A DNA stretch of 64,000 bases from a candidate division WOR-3 bacterium (GTDB lineage: Bacteria > Hydrothermota > Tepidihabitantia > Tepidihabitantales > Tepidihabitantaceae), in assembly GCA_965649225.1 (NCBI GenBank), contig CBFGJX010000003.1, positions 1 to 64,000 of the forward strand, given 5' to 3'. Position numbers and translations under genes: made by a program. Shown here in pieces: positions 52,233 through 62,681 of this stretch (within the stretch, counting starts at the first letter, position 1; every line of letters starts with the position of its first letter). The notes beneath the pieces were generated by a model. It was given only the letters and a program-made list of their open reading frames with translations, searched no databases and was not told the DNA's origin.

Positions 52233-53132
52233 CTACCTCCTGAACCCGGGCAGCAGCGTGACCTCTTCGGTCAGAACCACGCCGGTCTGCTCCTCCACAT
52301 TTGCCTTCACTATCTCAGCAAGTTCCAGAACATCAGCACAGCGGGCACCGCCGACGTTGACGATGAAGTTGCCGTGTTTCTCTGACACGCGGGCACCGCC
52401 AACCTGACGACCCTTCAGGCCGCAGCGTTCGATAAGCCGGCCGGCCGGCTCGTTCGGCGGATTGCGGAAAAACGAGCCGGCCGACGGCTCTTTCGGATGC
52501 TTAACCCAGCGTTTTTCCCTGATCACGGATGCCGGTTCAGGGCGTCCCGGCTTCAACTCCAACTCGACGGCAACCGCCACTTTCAGTTCGCCAATCAGCG
52601 GCTGGCGGTAACCGCCATGAATCTCACCCCGCTCGAGCCGCCAGCGCCGACCATCAGCGTCAACGCCGGTTATGCCAGCGACGATATCCACCAGACTCGA
52701 GCCGAACGCCCCGGCGTTGGTTCGCAGGCCGCCGCCGATCGTACCCGGTATCCCGGCCAGAAACTCGGCACCACACAGCCCCGCCTTCTCCGCAGTATCG
52801 GCTATCAGGTCCATCGTCGCACCCGCGCCGCACACCAGTCGGTTGCCCTCAATCTCCACCCGGGCCAGCTCACCGCCCAGTCGAATCACCGCCCCCCGCA
52901 GACCCTGGTCCGAGATCAGCACATTCGAACCACGGCCGAGCAGATACCAGTCCAGACCGTTATCACGAGAAAACCGTAGCGCCCGCAACAAGCCTTCGAT
53001 GTTGCGAACGGTAATAAACAGATCGGCCGGTCCACCGATTCGGAACGTTGTATGACGGGCGAGCGGCTCATCCCAGCGGACCTCGCCCGTTCCGGCTAAA
53101 GCAGCTTGAGCAGCTCGGCGCCAATCCGGCAT
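52233..53132 (-). CDS. murB: UDP-N-acetylmuramate dehydrogenase
   Basis: HTTFRIGG, GRGSN, IPGTIGG, NAGA, SAGSFF, SEKHGNF. Confidence 0.96.
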   Translation of the reverse strand: MPDWRRAAQAALAGTGEVRWDEPLARHTTFRIGGPADLFITVRNIEGLLRALRFSRDNGLDWYLLGRGSNVLISDQGLRGAVIRLGGELARVEIEGNRLVCGAGATMDLIADTAEKAGLCGAEFLAGIPGTIGGGLRTNAGAFGSSLVDIVAGITGVDADGRRWRLERGEIHGGYRQPLIGELKVAVAVELELKPGRPEPASVIREKRWVKHPKEPSAGSFFRNPPNEPAGRLIERCGLKGRQVGGARVSEKHGNFIVNVGGARCADVLELAEIVKANVEEQTGVVLTEEVTLLPGFRR

Positions 53133-54469
53133 ATGTTTCCCGCTCCCTGTGTTATCACGACATCACCCGGGCGCAGACGCGCCGCCAGCAATCGAGGCAG
53201 CCCGTCAACATCCTCAACGCGCTCAACGGTCGGCCGTTCGCGCTGCCGTCGAGCCACCGCCTCAACGATCAGCCCGGCATCGACACCGGGAATCGGCGGT
53301 TCCGAAGCAGCGTATATCGGCGTTACCAGCACTTCGTCGGCAGCATCAAAGCAGTCGGCAAACTCATCAGCCAGCAATCTGGTTCGACTGTAACGGTGGG
53401 GCTGAAAAACTACAACCAGTCGCCGGTCGGGCAACGCCGCCCGCAGAGTCGACAGCGTGGCGCGAATCTCGGTCGGGTGATGGCCGTAGTCGTCGAATAC
53501 CGTTATGCCGCCCTTTTCACCAATGCGCTCCAGCCGCCGGTGTACCCCGGAGAACACTCGCAGAGCAGCGGCGATCGTCTCGAACTCAAGCCCCAGTTCG
53601 ACGCCGACGGCAACTGCGCCCAGAGCATTCTGGACATTGTGCCGGCCTGCCATCGGCAGGTTGAACCGTCCGACCTCGTGACCGGCGCTGGTCACCGTAA
53701 AGGCAGATGAGAACCCGTAGAATTGAACGTCCTTGGCACCGAAATCAGCCGCGGACGTCAACCCGTAGGTAACTACCCGCCGCTTGACTCGCGGCCGTAT
53801 TGAACGTACCGCCGGGCAGTCATTACAGAGAACCACCGTCCCGTAGAACGGCACGCGATTGACAAACCGCACGAACTCGCGCTTGATATCGGCAAGGTCA
53901 CGATAGACGTCAAGATGTTCTCGTTCGATGTTGGTCACGACTGCAATCGTCGGATAGAGCAGCAGAAACGAACGGTCGCTTTCATCAGCTTCAGCCACCA
54001 GATACTCTGATTGCCCCAGTCGCGCTCCGGCGTCTGCTGCCTGGATACGGCCACCGATTACGGTCGTCGGGTCAAGACCACCCCGTTCGAGGACGTGACT
54101 GACCAGCGAGGTCACGGTAGTCTTGCCGTGACTGCCCGACACCGCGACGGCGAATTTCATCCGCATCAACTCGGCAAGCATCTCGGCCCGCCTGATGACC
54201 GGCACACCGCGCTGGCGAGCCGCCGCCAGCTCCGGATTCTCCGAACCGACGGCGGTCGTATAGACAACCACATCGGCATCAGCGCAGTTGTTGGCGTCGT
54301 GTCCAATCACGACCTTCACGCCGGCATCGACCAGCCGCCGGGTAATCTCACTCTCACGCAGGTCTGAACCACTCACCTCAAAACCGAGATTCTTCAGCAC
54401 CAGTGCGATGCCGGACATCCCGACTCCACCGACGCCGACAAAATGAACCCGTCTCAGGCGGCCAAGCAT
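53096..54469 (-). CDS. murC: UDP-MurNAc-L-alanine ligase
   Basis: GVGGVGMSG, GSHGKTT, EADESD, DYGHHPTE, FQPHRY. Confidence 0.97.
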   Translation of the reverse strand: MLGRLRRVHFVGVGGVGMSGIALVLKNLGFEVSGSDLRESEITRRLVDAGVKVVIGHDANNCADADVVVYTTAVGSENPELAAARQRGVPVIRRAEMLAELMRMKFAVAVSGSHGKTTVTSLVSHVLERGGLDPTTVIGGRIQAADAGARLGQSEYLVAEADESDRSFLLLYPTIAVVTNIEREHLDVYRDLADIKREFVRFVNRVPFYGTVVLCNDCPAVRSIRPRVKRRVVTYGLTSAADFGAKDVQFYGFSSAFTVTSAGHEVGRFNLPMAGRHNVQNALGAVAVGVELGLEFETIAAALRVFSGVHRRLERIGEKGGITVFDDYGHHPTEIRATLSTLRAALPDRRLVVVFQPHRYSRTRLLADEFADCFDAADEVLVTPIYAASEPPIPGVDAGLIVEAVARRQRERPTVERVEDVDGLPRLLAARLRPGDVVITQGAGNICRIGAELLKLL

Positions 54470-55488
54470 TCCTTGATCCTTTCGACAATCACTCTTGCCG
54501 CATCGGGCCGGGCCAACCCGCGGGCTGCCGCCGCCATCAACTCCCGTCGCGCACGGTCAGCCAGAAGTTCGGCGATCACTGCGGTAATCCCGGACAGACG
54601 ATCCTGGTCCAGTTTGATGGCGGCACCGGCCGCAACCAGGTACGCAGCGTTGGCGTGCTGGTGACGGTCGGTGGCGTATGGGAAAGGTACAAGCACGGCA
54701 GGGATGCCGAAGGCAACTAGTTCTGAGAGAACCATACCGCCTGCCCGGGATACCGCTATTGTCGCCCGCCGGTAGAGTTCTTCCGGCCGGTCGGTATACT
54801 CGACCACCTCACAATTCTTTCCTGCCTGTGACCGGAATGCGGCGAAATCGCGCCGTCCGGCCAGGACAATGAAATTCACATCCGGCAGCGCCGCCGCCGC
54901 TGCCAGCGCCGCTGTCGACAACGCTCGCGCACCCCCGCTTCCTCCCAGCACCAGCACTGTGCGGTCATCGTCAATTCGACGCGGGTCGACAACGATGCTG
55001 CGGCGCAACGGACTGCCCGTGACCCGCCAGCGGCCGTTGAAGCCCTCCGCCGGAGGAAACCCGAAGAACGACTCGCGAGCGCCACGGGCAAAAATCCGGG
55101 TCACTCGGCCGGGAAGACAGTTCTGCTCAAGCAGAAAGTATGTGACGCCGGACAGCGCTGCCGCCGCCAGCACAGCCGCACTGGCGAACCCGCCGGTCCC
55201 GACAACGGCTGTCGGCCGCAGCCGCCGTAGCAGCGCCAGCGCCCGAAGCAGACCGACTGCAGCCAGTCCTGCCCCCTTCACTTTCTCCCGAACGTGTTTC
55301 CCGAAGAAACCCGCTGCTGCCAGCGGCTCAAAGTCAAACCTGGCCTGGGCTGCCAGTCGGGCCTCCAACGAATCAGGCCGACCCGACCAGCGAACATCAA
55401 ATCCGGCTGTGCGGAGCTCCTCGGCCAGCGCCAGTGCCGGATAAACATGTCCGCCGGTACCGCCGGCAGCCAGCAGAATCATCACCAC
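54454..55488 (-). CDS. murG: MurG glycosyltransferase
   Basis: GGTGGHVYP, GGFAS, EQN, GGSGGA, RAGG, HQHANA. Confidence 0.96.
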   Translation of the reverse strand: MVMILLAAGGTGGHVYPALALAEELRTAGFDVRWSGRPDSLEARLAAQARFDFEPLAAAGFFGKHVREKVKGAGLAAVGLLRALALLRRLRPTAVVGTGGFASAAVLAAAALSGVTYFLLEQNCLPGRVTRIFARGARESFFGFPPAEGFNGRWRVTGSPLRRSIVVDPRRIDDDRTVLVLGGSGGARALSTAALAAAAALPDVNFIVLAGRRDFAAFRSQAGKNCEVVEYTDRPEELYRRATIAVSRAGGMVLSELVAFGIPAVLVPFPYATDRHQHANAAYLVAAGAAIKLDQDRLSGITAVIAELLADRARRELMAAAARGLARPDAARVIVERIKECLAA

Positions 55489-56654
55489 TGTTTCCTCAGC
55501 AATAGCGGAGCTGTTCGACCTGAGCCAGTCGGCAGCGCCAGTCCGTCACTGACAACCATCCGCACCCGGCCAAAACGGGAAACATTCAGCAGTACCCCGG
55601 CCGCCAGCAGGTTGGTTACCAGTGCCGTGCCGCCGTAGGAAACAAACGGCAGTGGTTGACCGGTGGTCGGAATCAGCCCGAGTGTCACCGCCACGTGGGT
55701 CACGGCATAAAGAAACAGTGTCAGGCTGATACCGTAAGCTAGATACTGACCGAAATCGCTGGCGGCACGCTGGCCGATACGCATCCCCCGAAAGAACAGT
55801 AACCCGTAGAGCAGAAAGATCAGCACTGACCCCAGGAACCCGAACTCCTCGCCGATCGCGGCAAATACGAAGTCATTGTGCATTTTGGGCAGGAAATAGT
55901 ATTTCTGCTTGCCCTCTCCCAGCCCGACGCCGACCAGTCCGCCCGAACCGATTGCAATCAGCGACTGTTCCTGGTGATACCGCTCGCCACTGACAAACTT
56001 CTGCCAGCGGTTACGGGCGTAGGGCACAAACAGCACCGTCAGTACCAGCATCGCGGCAACAACCGTTACGGTCTGTACCAGGTAGGCCCGTCTCACCCCA
56101 GCCAGAAAAAACATGCCGAATGTCACCAGCGCCATGATTGCAGCAGTACCAACCGCCGGCTGGGCGAGTGTCAGACCGATCACGGGCAGAGCTGCCAGGC
56201 CGGGTTTGAGCACCGAGTTACGCCAGCCCCACGACTTGCCGGTTTCACGCAGACTGGCGAAGTAACCAGCCAGCCAGACCACCAGAGCGTACTTGGCAAG
56301 TTCGGCCGGCTGAATCGACCCCAGCCCCGGAATCCGGAACCAGCGTCGGGCATCGCCGGCGGCAATTCCCAGCACCAAGGTCAGAACCATCAGCCCCACC
56401 GACAGGACCATGAGGAACCAGCGCCCCCGCCGTGCCAGCAGATTGTGATTGAACAACATCCCGAAAAACAACGCTCCCATCCCGAGTAGGACCTTGATGG
56501 CGTGCTGCGCCAAATAGGCCGAAGTACGGTGATGAGTGGCGGCGAACACGACAATCACGCCGACAACCGTCAACGCCAATACAATCGTCAGCGCAACCTG
56601 GTCCACCGGCGAGGTCGGGCGCTCACGCCGCAGACTGACACCAGTGTCAAACAC
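55482..56654 (-). CDS. ftsW: SEDS peptidoglycan polymerase FtsW
   Basis: ARRW, IQPAELAK, HNDFVFA..GEE.G, LPFVSYGGT; start set at GTG 56654. Confidence 0.93.
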   Translation of the reverse strand: MFDTGVSLRRERPTSPVDQVALTIVLALTVVGVIVVFAATHHRTSAYLAQHAIKVLLGMGALFFGMLFNHNLLARRGRWFLMVLSVGLMVLTLVLGIAAGDARRWFRIPGLGSIQPAELAKYALVVWLAGYFASLRETGKSWGWRNSVLKPGLAALPVIGLTLAQPAVGTAAIMALVTFGMFFLAGVRRAYLVQTVTVVAAMLVLTVLFVPYARNRWQKFVSGERYHQEQSLIAIGSGGLVGVGLGEGKQKYYFLPKMHNDFVFAAIGEEFGFLGSVLIFLLYGLLFFRGMRIGQRAASDFGQYLAYGISLTLFLYAVTHVAVTLGLIPTTGQPLPFVSYGGTALVTNLLAAGVLLNVSRFGRVRMVVSDGLALPTGSGRTAPLLLRKQW

Positions 56655-58008
56655 GCTCCACCTCACGACAGAAAGCCCGGCCCCGGGCGGCAAAATCTCG
56701 AAACATGTCGAACGAAGCAAATCCGGGCGAGAAGAGCACAACGCCACCCGGCCGCGACCGCAGCCTGGCTGTTCTTACTGCCTCGGCCATGGTGCCGACG
56801 ATATCAAACCGCCGATACCCGACTGCTTCCAATCGGCGCCCCAGCTCTTCCCGGTTTTCGCCCAGAAGAACTGTCCAGCGTGCCCGGTTTCGGATCGCCT
56901 CAATCAAATCTTCCAGAGGAAGGTTCTTGCCCCTGCCCCCGGCTATCAACACGACTTTCCGGTCAAAAGCTCGTAAAGACGCGACTGCCGCGGCCGGATT
57001 GGTGCACATCGAGTTGTTGACATAGACAACCCCACCCAGTCTGCGCACGACTTGCAGCCGATGAGGCAGACCGCGAAAAGAGCGCAAAGCAGCCCGGATT
57101 GCCTGCGGCTTCACCCCGACGGCATCTGCCGCCGCCGCGGCGGCGAGCGCATTGGCAAGATTGTGCCGACCGGGCAGCCGTACGTCTGTCACCCGGGCAA
57201 CAGCTCGGTCACCTAGCACCATCTTCCCTTGCGCCAGATGGGCGCCGGGGCCACGACCGGCCACAGAAAACCATATCAGCCGAGCATGCACACGTTTGGC
57301 CGCCTGACTGACGGTCGGGTCGTCACGATTCAGCACCGCAACGTCGGCAGCGGTCTGGTGCTCAAAAAGCCGGAATTTGCTCTCGGCATAACTGTCAAAC
57401 GAACGGTGTCGGTCAAGATGGTCCGGGGAGATGTTTAGCAGCAGCGCCAGCTTTGGCGCCAGCCAGCGGGACCGTTCAAGCTGGAAACTCGAGACTTCCA
57501 CGACATACCAATCGCGACGGGACTGACCCAGTGCCGCTGACAACGGCCGACCCGGAGCAAGATTACCACCGCAGAACACCCGATAGCCGCCAGCCGCGAG
57601 CATCTCGGCCAGCAGTGCGGTCGTCGTCGATTTGCCATTGGTACCGGTTACAGCTGCAATCGGTGCGCAGAGCAGTGCCGCCGCCATGTCGAGCTCATCG
57701 ACGAGCGGTATTCCCCGGCGCACAAAATCTCGCAGCACCGGGTGCTCCGTCGGAACCCCGGGGCTGGCAACTACCCAGTCATAATCACGACCCGCTGGTG
57801 CCGTCTCAGATTGCAGCCCCGAGCGGAGCAGCCGCCGCAGAACCGGTCGCTCAAACACGGCCGGATTGTCATCCCACCCGCCGACAACTGCCCGACGCTT
57901 CAAGAGAAACCCTGCCATGGCCGTACCGGCCCGACCCAGTCCGACAACGAGAAACTTCATTCCGGCCAGCTCTGACTCTCGGGGCGGCGGCAACGACATC
58001 TGTTTCAT
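56647..58008 (-). CDS. murD: UDP-MurNAc-L-Ala-D-Glu ligase
   Basis: GLGRAG, GTNGKSTT, EVSSFQL, DHLDRH, SPGFASFDMF; ATG 58008 overlaps the mraY stop. Confidence 0.96.
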   Translation of the reverse strand: MKQMSLPPPRESELAGMKFLVVGLGRAGTAMAGFLLKRRAVVGGWDDNPAVFERPVLRRLLRSGLQSETAPAGRDYDWVVASPGVPTEHPVLRDFVRRGIPLVDELDMAAALLCAPIAAVTGTNGKSTTTALLAEMLAAGGYRVFCGGNLAPGRPLSAALGQSRRDWYVVEVSSFQLERSRWLAPKLALLLNISPDHLDRHRSFDSYAESKFRLFEHQTAADVAVLNRDDPTVSQAAKRVHARLIWFSVAGRGPGAHLAQGKMVLGDRAVARVTDVRLPGRHNLANALAAAAAADAVGVKPQAIRAALRSFRGLPHRLQVVRRLGGVVYVNNSMCTNPAAAVASLRAFDRKVVLIAGGRGKNLPLEDLIEAIRNRARWTVLLGENREELGRRLEAVGYRRFDIVGTMAEAVRTARLRSRPGGVVLFSPGFASFDMFRDFAARGRAFCREVERV

Positions 58009-59093
58009 CTGATTTTCAAGCTGGCGACCGCCGCGGTTGCGAACAGGACCGCCAGAATCATGAACCGGGTGACTATCTGTGTTTCGGCCCAACCAATCAG
58101 CTCGAAATGGTGATGGATCGGCGCCATCCGGAACAACTTTTTGCCGCCGGTGGCACGAAACCAGCCAATCTGCAGGACGACCGAAATCATTTCCATCGCG
58201 AACACACCGCCGACAATCGGCAGCAGAATCTCGTGTTTGCACAACACTGCCGCCAGTCCAAGCACACCTCCAATCGGCAGTGAGCCGGTATCGCCCATGA
58301 ACAGCTGCGCCGGATGAGCGTTGTACCACAGAAAGCCGAGACAGGCACCGGTGAGTGCAAGACACAGCACCGAAAACTCGCCCACCGTCGGACAGAAGAT
58401 TATGTTAAGGTATCCGGCAAGCCGGTAGTTGCCGGCAACATAACACAGTACCGCGTATGCCGCTAGCGCCACTGATGCCAGTCCGGCGGCCAGCCCGTCC
58501 AGACCGTCAGCGAAATTCACCGCATTCGAAGAACCAACTATCACCAGCATCACGAACGGGATGTAGAAACGGTCCAGTTCGACGACGATATTCTTGAACA
58601 GCAGCACATTCGCCCGCGAGCGATTCACCGGGTCAACCGGCAGGAAATAAAGCAGGGCACCGATGAAAAGTGCCAGTGCGATTTGCCCGGCAAGCTTGGC
58701 AGTCTTGCTGATGCCGCGGGCCCGGCCGCCGCGCACTTTCACCCAGTCGTCCCAGAACCCCAATAGCCCCAGCCAGACCATCGTCAGCAGCCCGAGCTGG
58801 ATTGTCCGATTGTCGAGATCGGCGAACAGCAGGACCGCAGCCACCGCCGAGGTCAGGATCAGGAGACCACCCATCGTCGGTGTACCACTCTTGGCGCGAT
58901 GACGATCCGGCACTTCCTCGCGCACGTTTTGGCCGAGTTTCAGTCGCCGGACCAGTCGGATGAGCAGCGGTCCCAGAAGAAGAGCAATGATGATACTCAG
59001 TCCGCCGGCGGCGGCAGCGCGAAAGGTGATATAGCGCAGGAGATTGAATGCCCCGAATGTCTCGCGCAGCGGCACCAGCAGCCGGAAAAGCAT
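58005..59093 (-). CDS. mraY: phospho-MurNAc-pentapeptide transferase
   Basis: KSGTPTMGG, DD, NFADGLDGL, FMGDTGS, APIHHHFE. Confidence 0.97.
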   Translation of the reverse strand: MLFRLLVPLRETFGAFNLLRYITFRAAAAGGLSIIIALLLGPLLIRLVRRLKLGQNVREEVPDRHRAKSGTPTMGGLLILTSAVAAVLLFADLDNRTIQLGLLTMVWLGLLGFWDDWVKVRGGRARGISKTAKLAGQIALALFIGALLYFLPVDPVNRSRANVLLFKNIVVELDRFYIPFVMLVIVGSSNAVNFADGLDGLAAGLASVALAAYAVLCYVAGNYRLAGYLNIIFCPTVGEFSVLCLALTGACLGFLWYNAHPAQLFMGDTGSLPIGGVLGLAAVLCKHEILLPIVGGVFAMEMISVVLQIGWFRATGGKKLFRMAPIHHHFELIGWAETQIVTRFMILAVLFATAAVASLKIR

Positions 59094-60565
59094 CAGTTAC
59101 CCTCCAGAATCTCCCGCGCCACAACCGCATCGTCGAACCAGAGACGCTGTCTGCCTACAATCTGGTAGTCTTCGTGTCCCTTGCCGGCGATTACAACAAC
59201 GTCACCCGGCCGGGCAGCGGCCACCGCACGCCGGATTGCCTCGCGCCGGTCAGGTTCAACCACCAGCTCGGCACCGCCGACACTTTCCATCCCTTTAAGG
59301 ATTTCAGCAATGATTGCCTGCGGGTCCTCGCTGCGCGGATTATCCGATGTCACCACTGCGAGATCGGCATTTGCCGCCACCGCCGCGCCCATCAGTGGAC
59401 GCTTTGAACGATCCCGATCTCCGCCGCATCCGAATACAACAATCAGTCGCCCGGACGAGAACTCGCGCACGGTCGCCAGTACCCGTTTGAGCGCGTCGGG
59501 AGTGTGGGCGTAGTCGACAAAGACTGAAAACCCGCGGTCATTTGGCACTGGCTGGCACCGACCGGGAACGAGTTCGAGTGCCTCGGCACCGCCGACAATC
59601 TGGTCAATCTCCCATTTCAGCGCCCGACCGGCGGCCCACGCAGCAAGCAGATTGTGCAGATTGTGTCTGCCCACCAGCTTGAGTGCAACCGGCCAAACCC
59701 TACCGTCACAGAAAACCTCACAGGTCAGTCCATCGGCACGGACTGATACCGCGCGACCCCAGATATCGGGAACCGGCTCAATGTCCGGCCGCGTGCCGTA
59801 ACTGATGACACGGGACTTGACTTCAAAGGGGATGTCGCGCCCCATCGCATCGTCGAAATTTGTTACCGCCCAGGCTGTAGGTAACAGGTCGGTGAACAGC
59901 CGCATCTTTGCGGCGCGATAGTTGGCCATTGTTCGATGAAAATCGAGATGGTCCTGGGTCAGATTGGTAAAGACTGCAACCTGGAAATCCAGGTCGAACA
60001 CCCGGTCAAGCGCCAGAGCATGTGAAGAAACCTCGGCAATACACAACGGGATCTGTGCCTCGACCATCCGCGCCAGCATCGCTGTCAGGTCCAGGCTCTC
60101 CGGTGTGGTGTGACCGGCTGGCTGACGCTTCTGTCCGTCCCAGTACTCAATCGTACCGATGAAACCTGGTTCAACTCCGCCCAGTCGGGCCATTGACCGC
60201 AACAGCCAGGTAGTCGTGGTCTTGCCATTGGTACCGGTCACCCCGACCAGCGCCAGTCGGCGGGCCGGGAAATCGTAGAACCGGTTGGCAACCTGGGCCA
60301 GAAACCGCCGCGGTGACCGTGTCAGCACCATTGTCACCCAGTTACGCCGCGCCCGCGTCGGGTCGCTGGTGGCTACGACGGTTGCACCACGATTGACCGC
60401 TTCGTCAATGTACTGCCGCCCGTCAGTAGCGAGCCCTTCAATGGCCACAAACATGTACCCCGGCTGAACTGCCGCCGAATTGTAGGCGATTCCCTTCACC
60501 TCGGCATTGCTGTTGCCCTCAATCGAACAAGGTACACCCTTGACGAGATCGCTCAGCCGCTTCAT
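59093..60565 (-). CDS. murE: UDP-MurNAc-dipeptide meso-DAP ligase
   Basis: GTNGKTT, TTPES, EVSSH, DYAHTPD, DNPR (DAP-type), GKGHE; ATG 60565 overlaps the ftsI stop. Confidence 0.96.
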   Translation of the reverse strand: MKRLSDLVKGVPCSIEGNSNAEVKGIAYNSAAVQPGYMFVAIEGLATDGRQYIDEAVNRGATVVATSDPTRARRNWVTMVLTRSPRRFLAQVANRFYDFPARRLALVGVTGTNGKTTTTWLLRSMARLGGVEPGFIGTIEYWDGQKRQPAGHTTPESLDLTAMLARMVEAQIPLCIAEVSSHALALDRVFDLDFQVAVFTNLTQDHLDFHRTMANYRAAKMRLFTDLLPTAWAVTNFDDAMGRDIPFEVKSRVISYGTRPDIEPVPDIWGRAVSVRADGLTCEVFCDGRVWPVALKLVGRHNLHNLLAAWAAGRALKWEIDQIVGGAEALELVPGRCQPVPNDRGFSVFVDYAHTPDALKRVLATVREFSSGRLIVVFGCGGDRDRSKRPLMGAAVAANADLAVVTSDNPRSEDPQAIIAEILKGMESVGGAELVVEPDRREAIRRAVAAARPGDVVVIAGKGHEDYQIVGRQRLWFDDAVVAREILEGN

Positions 60566-62337
60566 CTTCCGGTCCTCGTCGTCGCTGCCAGCACGGTTGG
60601 GTTCTTTGCTCCCACCGGCCGCACCCCCCCCAGGGCTGCCCACACTTCGGTCTGCTGACGCATCCTTTCAAGCCGCAGCAGGTTCCAGCCGATTTCCCGA
60701 AACACCGGTCCAGCCACCGTACTGGCAAACCGGTCGGTTTTCGGCTCATCAACCATCACCGCGATGCAGTAGCGCGGGGCCTCCTTGGGCAGGAATCCGA
60801 CAAAGCTCATCCGTGACCGGGTATTGGAATAACCGCCCCCCGGTTCGGTTTTTTGTGCGGTACCGGTCTTGCCGCAGACTGTCACTCCCGGCACCGCCGC
60901 CGGTGTACCGGTCCCCTCGGTTACTACCTTCTCCATGATGTCCTTCAGCCGCCGGGCAGTCTCAGGGCGCAGCGCCCGACGCACCCGAACCGGGCGATTG
61001 CGCTGAATCACCCGGCCGCTCTGGCAAACCGAATCAATCAGATACGGCCGCCAGAACTCACCGTCACTGGCAACACAGTTGTATGCGGCGCAAAGCTGAA
61101 GCAGAGTCGTGGTCAGACCCTGACCGAAGGCAATATTGGCAAAACGCAGCGTTCCCAGACGCTCCGGCCGGTCCAGTGTCCCCGACCGCTCGTCGGGCAG
61201 ACCTACGCCCAGAGCGCTGCCAAACCCAAGTGCGCGCGCAATTTGATAATACTGCTCCGGGTCAAGTTGCATCGACAGCATCGCACAGCCGGGATTCGAC
61301 GACATCACCATCAGTCCGTCGAAGTCCAGCACTCCGTGATTGTGCGCATCCCGGATTTTGTACTTGCCGATGGTAATAAAACCGCTGGAGACATCATAAC
61401 GTCGGGCGACCAGCTCAGCGGCATTGGGACTTTCCAGTGCCGTGGCCATCACCACCAGCTTGAAAACTGAACCAGGTTCAAAGACGTCGCTGACGGCAGT
61501 ACAGCGGTGCCGTTCACGTTCCGCCGTCGTCGCCGCAGCCGGGTCGTAGGTCGGCCACTCGGCAACAGCCAGGATTCTGCCACTGCCGGGTTCCATCACT
61601 ACCGCCGCGCCCTTCAGGGCACCGGTCGCACGCACCCGTTCTGCCAGTGCCTGCTGGCAGATTGCCTGAATGTCAATGTCAAGTGTCAAATACAGGTCTG
61701 CTCCTGGAACCGGCTCGACCGTCGGATAACTCGGGTAAGGATGACTGTAACCCAGGGCATCCTTCTGCAGCAACCGCCAGCCCGGCCGACCACGCAGAAT
61801 CGAATCGAACTGATACTCCAACCCGGCCAGACCGCATTCTTCGCCGAGGAAGCCGGTGACAGTTGCACAACTTGCTCCGAAAGGATAAATCCGGCGACGA
61901 TCGTCATCGACCAGCGTGCAGTTACTGTAGCCACGGCGGGTAACCACCCGGCGCAGCGAATCGGCCAGTTGCACCGGCACGTTGCGCCGGAACCAGAAAT
62001 GGCGCTTCCGTCGCATCAGCTCGGCGCGGATTGTCCGCCGTTCGGCAAAGCCGAATCCAGCCAGAATCGCCGCCAGCGTATCCTTGTCCTTCGCATACTG
62101 GGGCAGAATCCGAATTGAACTCACCGAACGGTTGGTCGCCAGCGGCCGGCCCAAACGGTCAAACATTCGCCCCCGCGGTGCCGGCAAAGATACCCTGACA
62201 CCGTGCTGGACTTCGGCCTGGTGGCGGTGATGGCTTCCGCGGACAAGCTGATGCCAGGCCACCACCCCGAACAGGACGAGCCAGCAGAACAGCAGAACGC
62301 TCACTGCCAGTCGGAATCGACCACCTTCAGACCTCAA
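60562..62337 (-). CDS. ftsI: class B penicillin-binding protein FtsI
   Basis: RG..FDR.G, GLAGLE, SVFK, SSN, KTG. Confidence 0.93.
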   Translation of the reverse strand: MRSEGGRFRLAVSVLLFCWLVLFGVVAWHQLVRGSHHRHQAEVQHGVRVSLPAPRGRMFDRLGRPLATNRSVSSIRILPQYAKDKDTLAAILAGFGFAERRTIRAELMRRKRHFWFRRNVPVQLADSLRRVVTRRGYSNCTLVDDDRRRIYPFGASCATVTGFLGEECGLAGLEYQFDSILRGRPGWRLLQKDALGYSHPYPSYPTVEPVPGADLYLTLDIDIQAICQQALAERVRATGALKGAAVVMEPGSGRILAVAEWPTYDPAAATTAERERHRCTAVSDVFEPGSVFKLVVMATALESPNAAELVARRYDVSSGFITIGKYKIRDAHNHGVLDFDGLMVMSSNPGCAMLSMQLDPEQYYQIARALGFGSALGVGLPDERSGTLDRPERLGTLRFANIAFGQGLTTTLLQLCAAYNCVASDGEFWRPYLIDSVCQSGRVIQRNRPVRVRRALRPETARRLKDIMEKVVTEGTGTPAAVPGVTVCGKTGTAQKTEPGGGYSNTRSRMSFVGFLPKEAPRYCIAVMVDEPKTDRFASTVAGPVFREIGWNLLRLERMRQQTEVWAALGGVRPVGAKNPTVLAATTRTGR

Positions 62338-62681
62338 TTGCCTGCCCCCGCCGCTGCGATTTCGGAACCGCGCCTGTTCCCCGGCTGCGGTGTCGGTTGC
62401 ATCGACTCGCCACCCGCCATCTCTGCCCGGGCAACTGCCGGCGAACTGGCACCAGCCGGCAGCCGCATTGCCGCAGCATAGAACGAATCCAGCCGACAGA
62501 AACCTGTCAGCCGGGCGATATCGATCTCAATGCTGTCCAGCTCCTCTTCTGCCAGCACGATGGTTCGCTCCAGCTCGTCAAGCCGCTGTGTCAGTTTCAG
62601 ACTCAGACTGTGCTGGCGCACATAAAGCACGCCCAGTACTGCCAGAAGAAACACGACCAACAGCACCCGTGCACACCTCAC
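62334..62681 (-). CDS. ftsL: FtsL-like cell division protein
   Basis: Single TM plus leucine-rich coiled coil between rsmH and ftsI. Confidence 0.7.
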   Translation of the reverse strand: MRCARVLLVVFLLAVLGVLYVRQHSLSLKLTQRLDELERTIVLAEEELDSIEIDIARLTGFCRLDSFYAAAMRLPAGASSPAVARAEMAGGESMQPTPQPGNRRGSEIAAAGAGN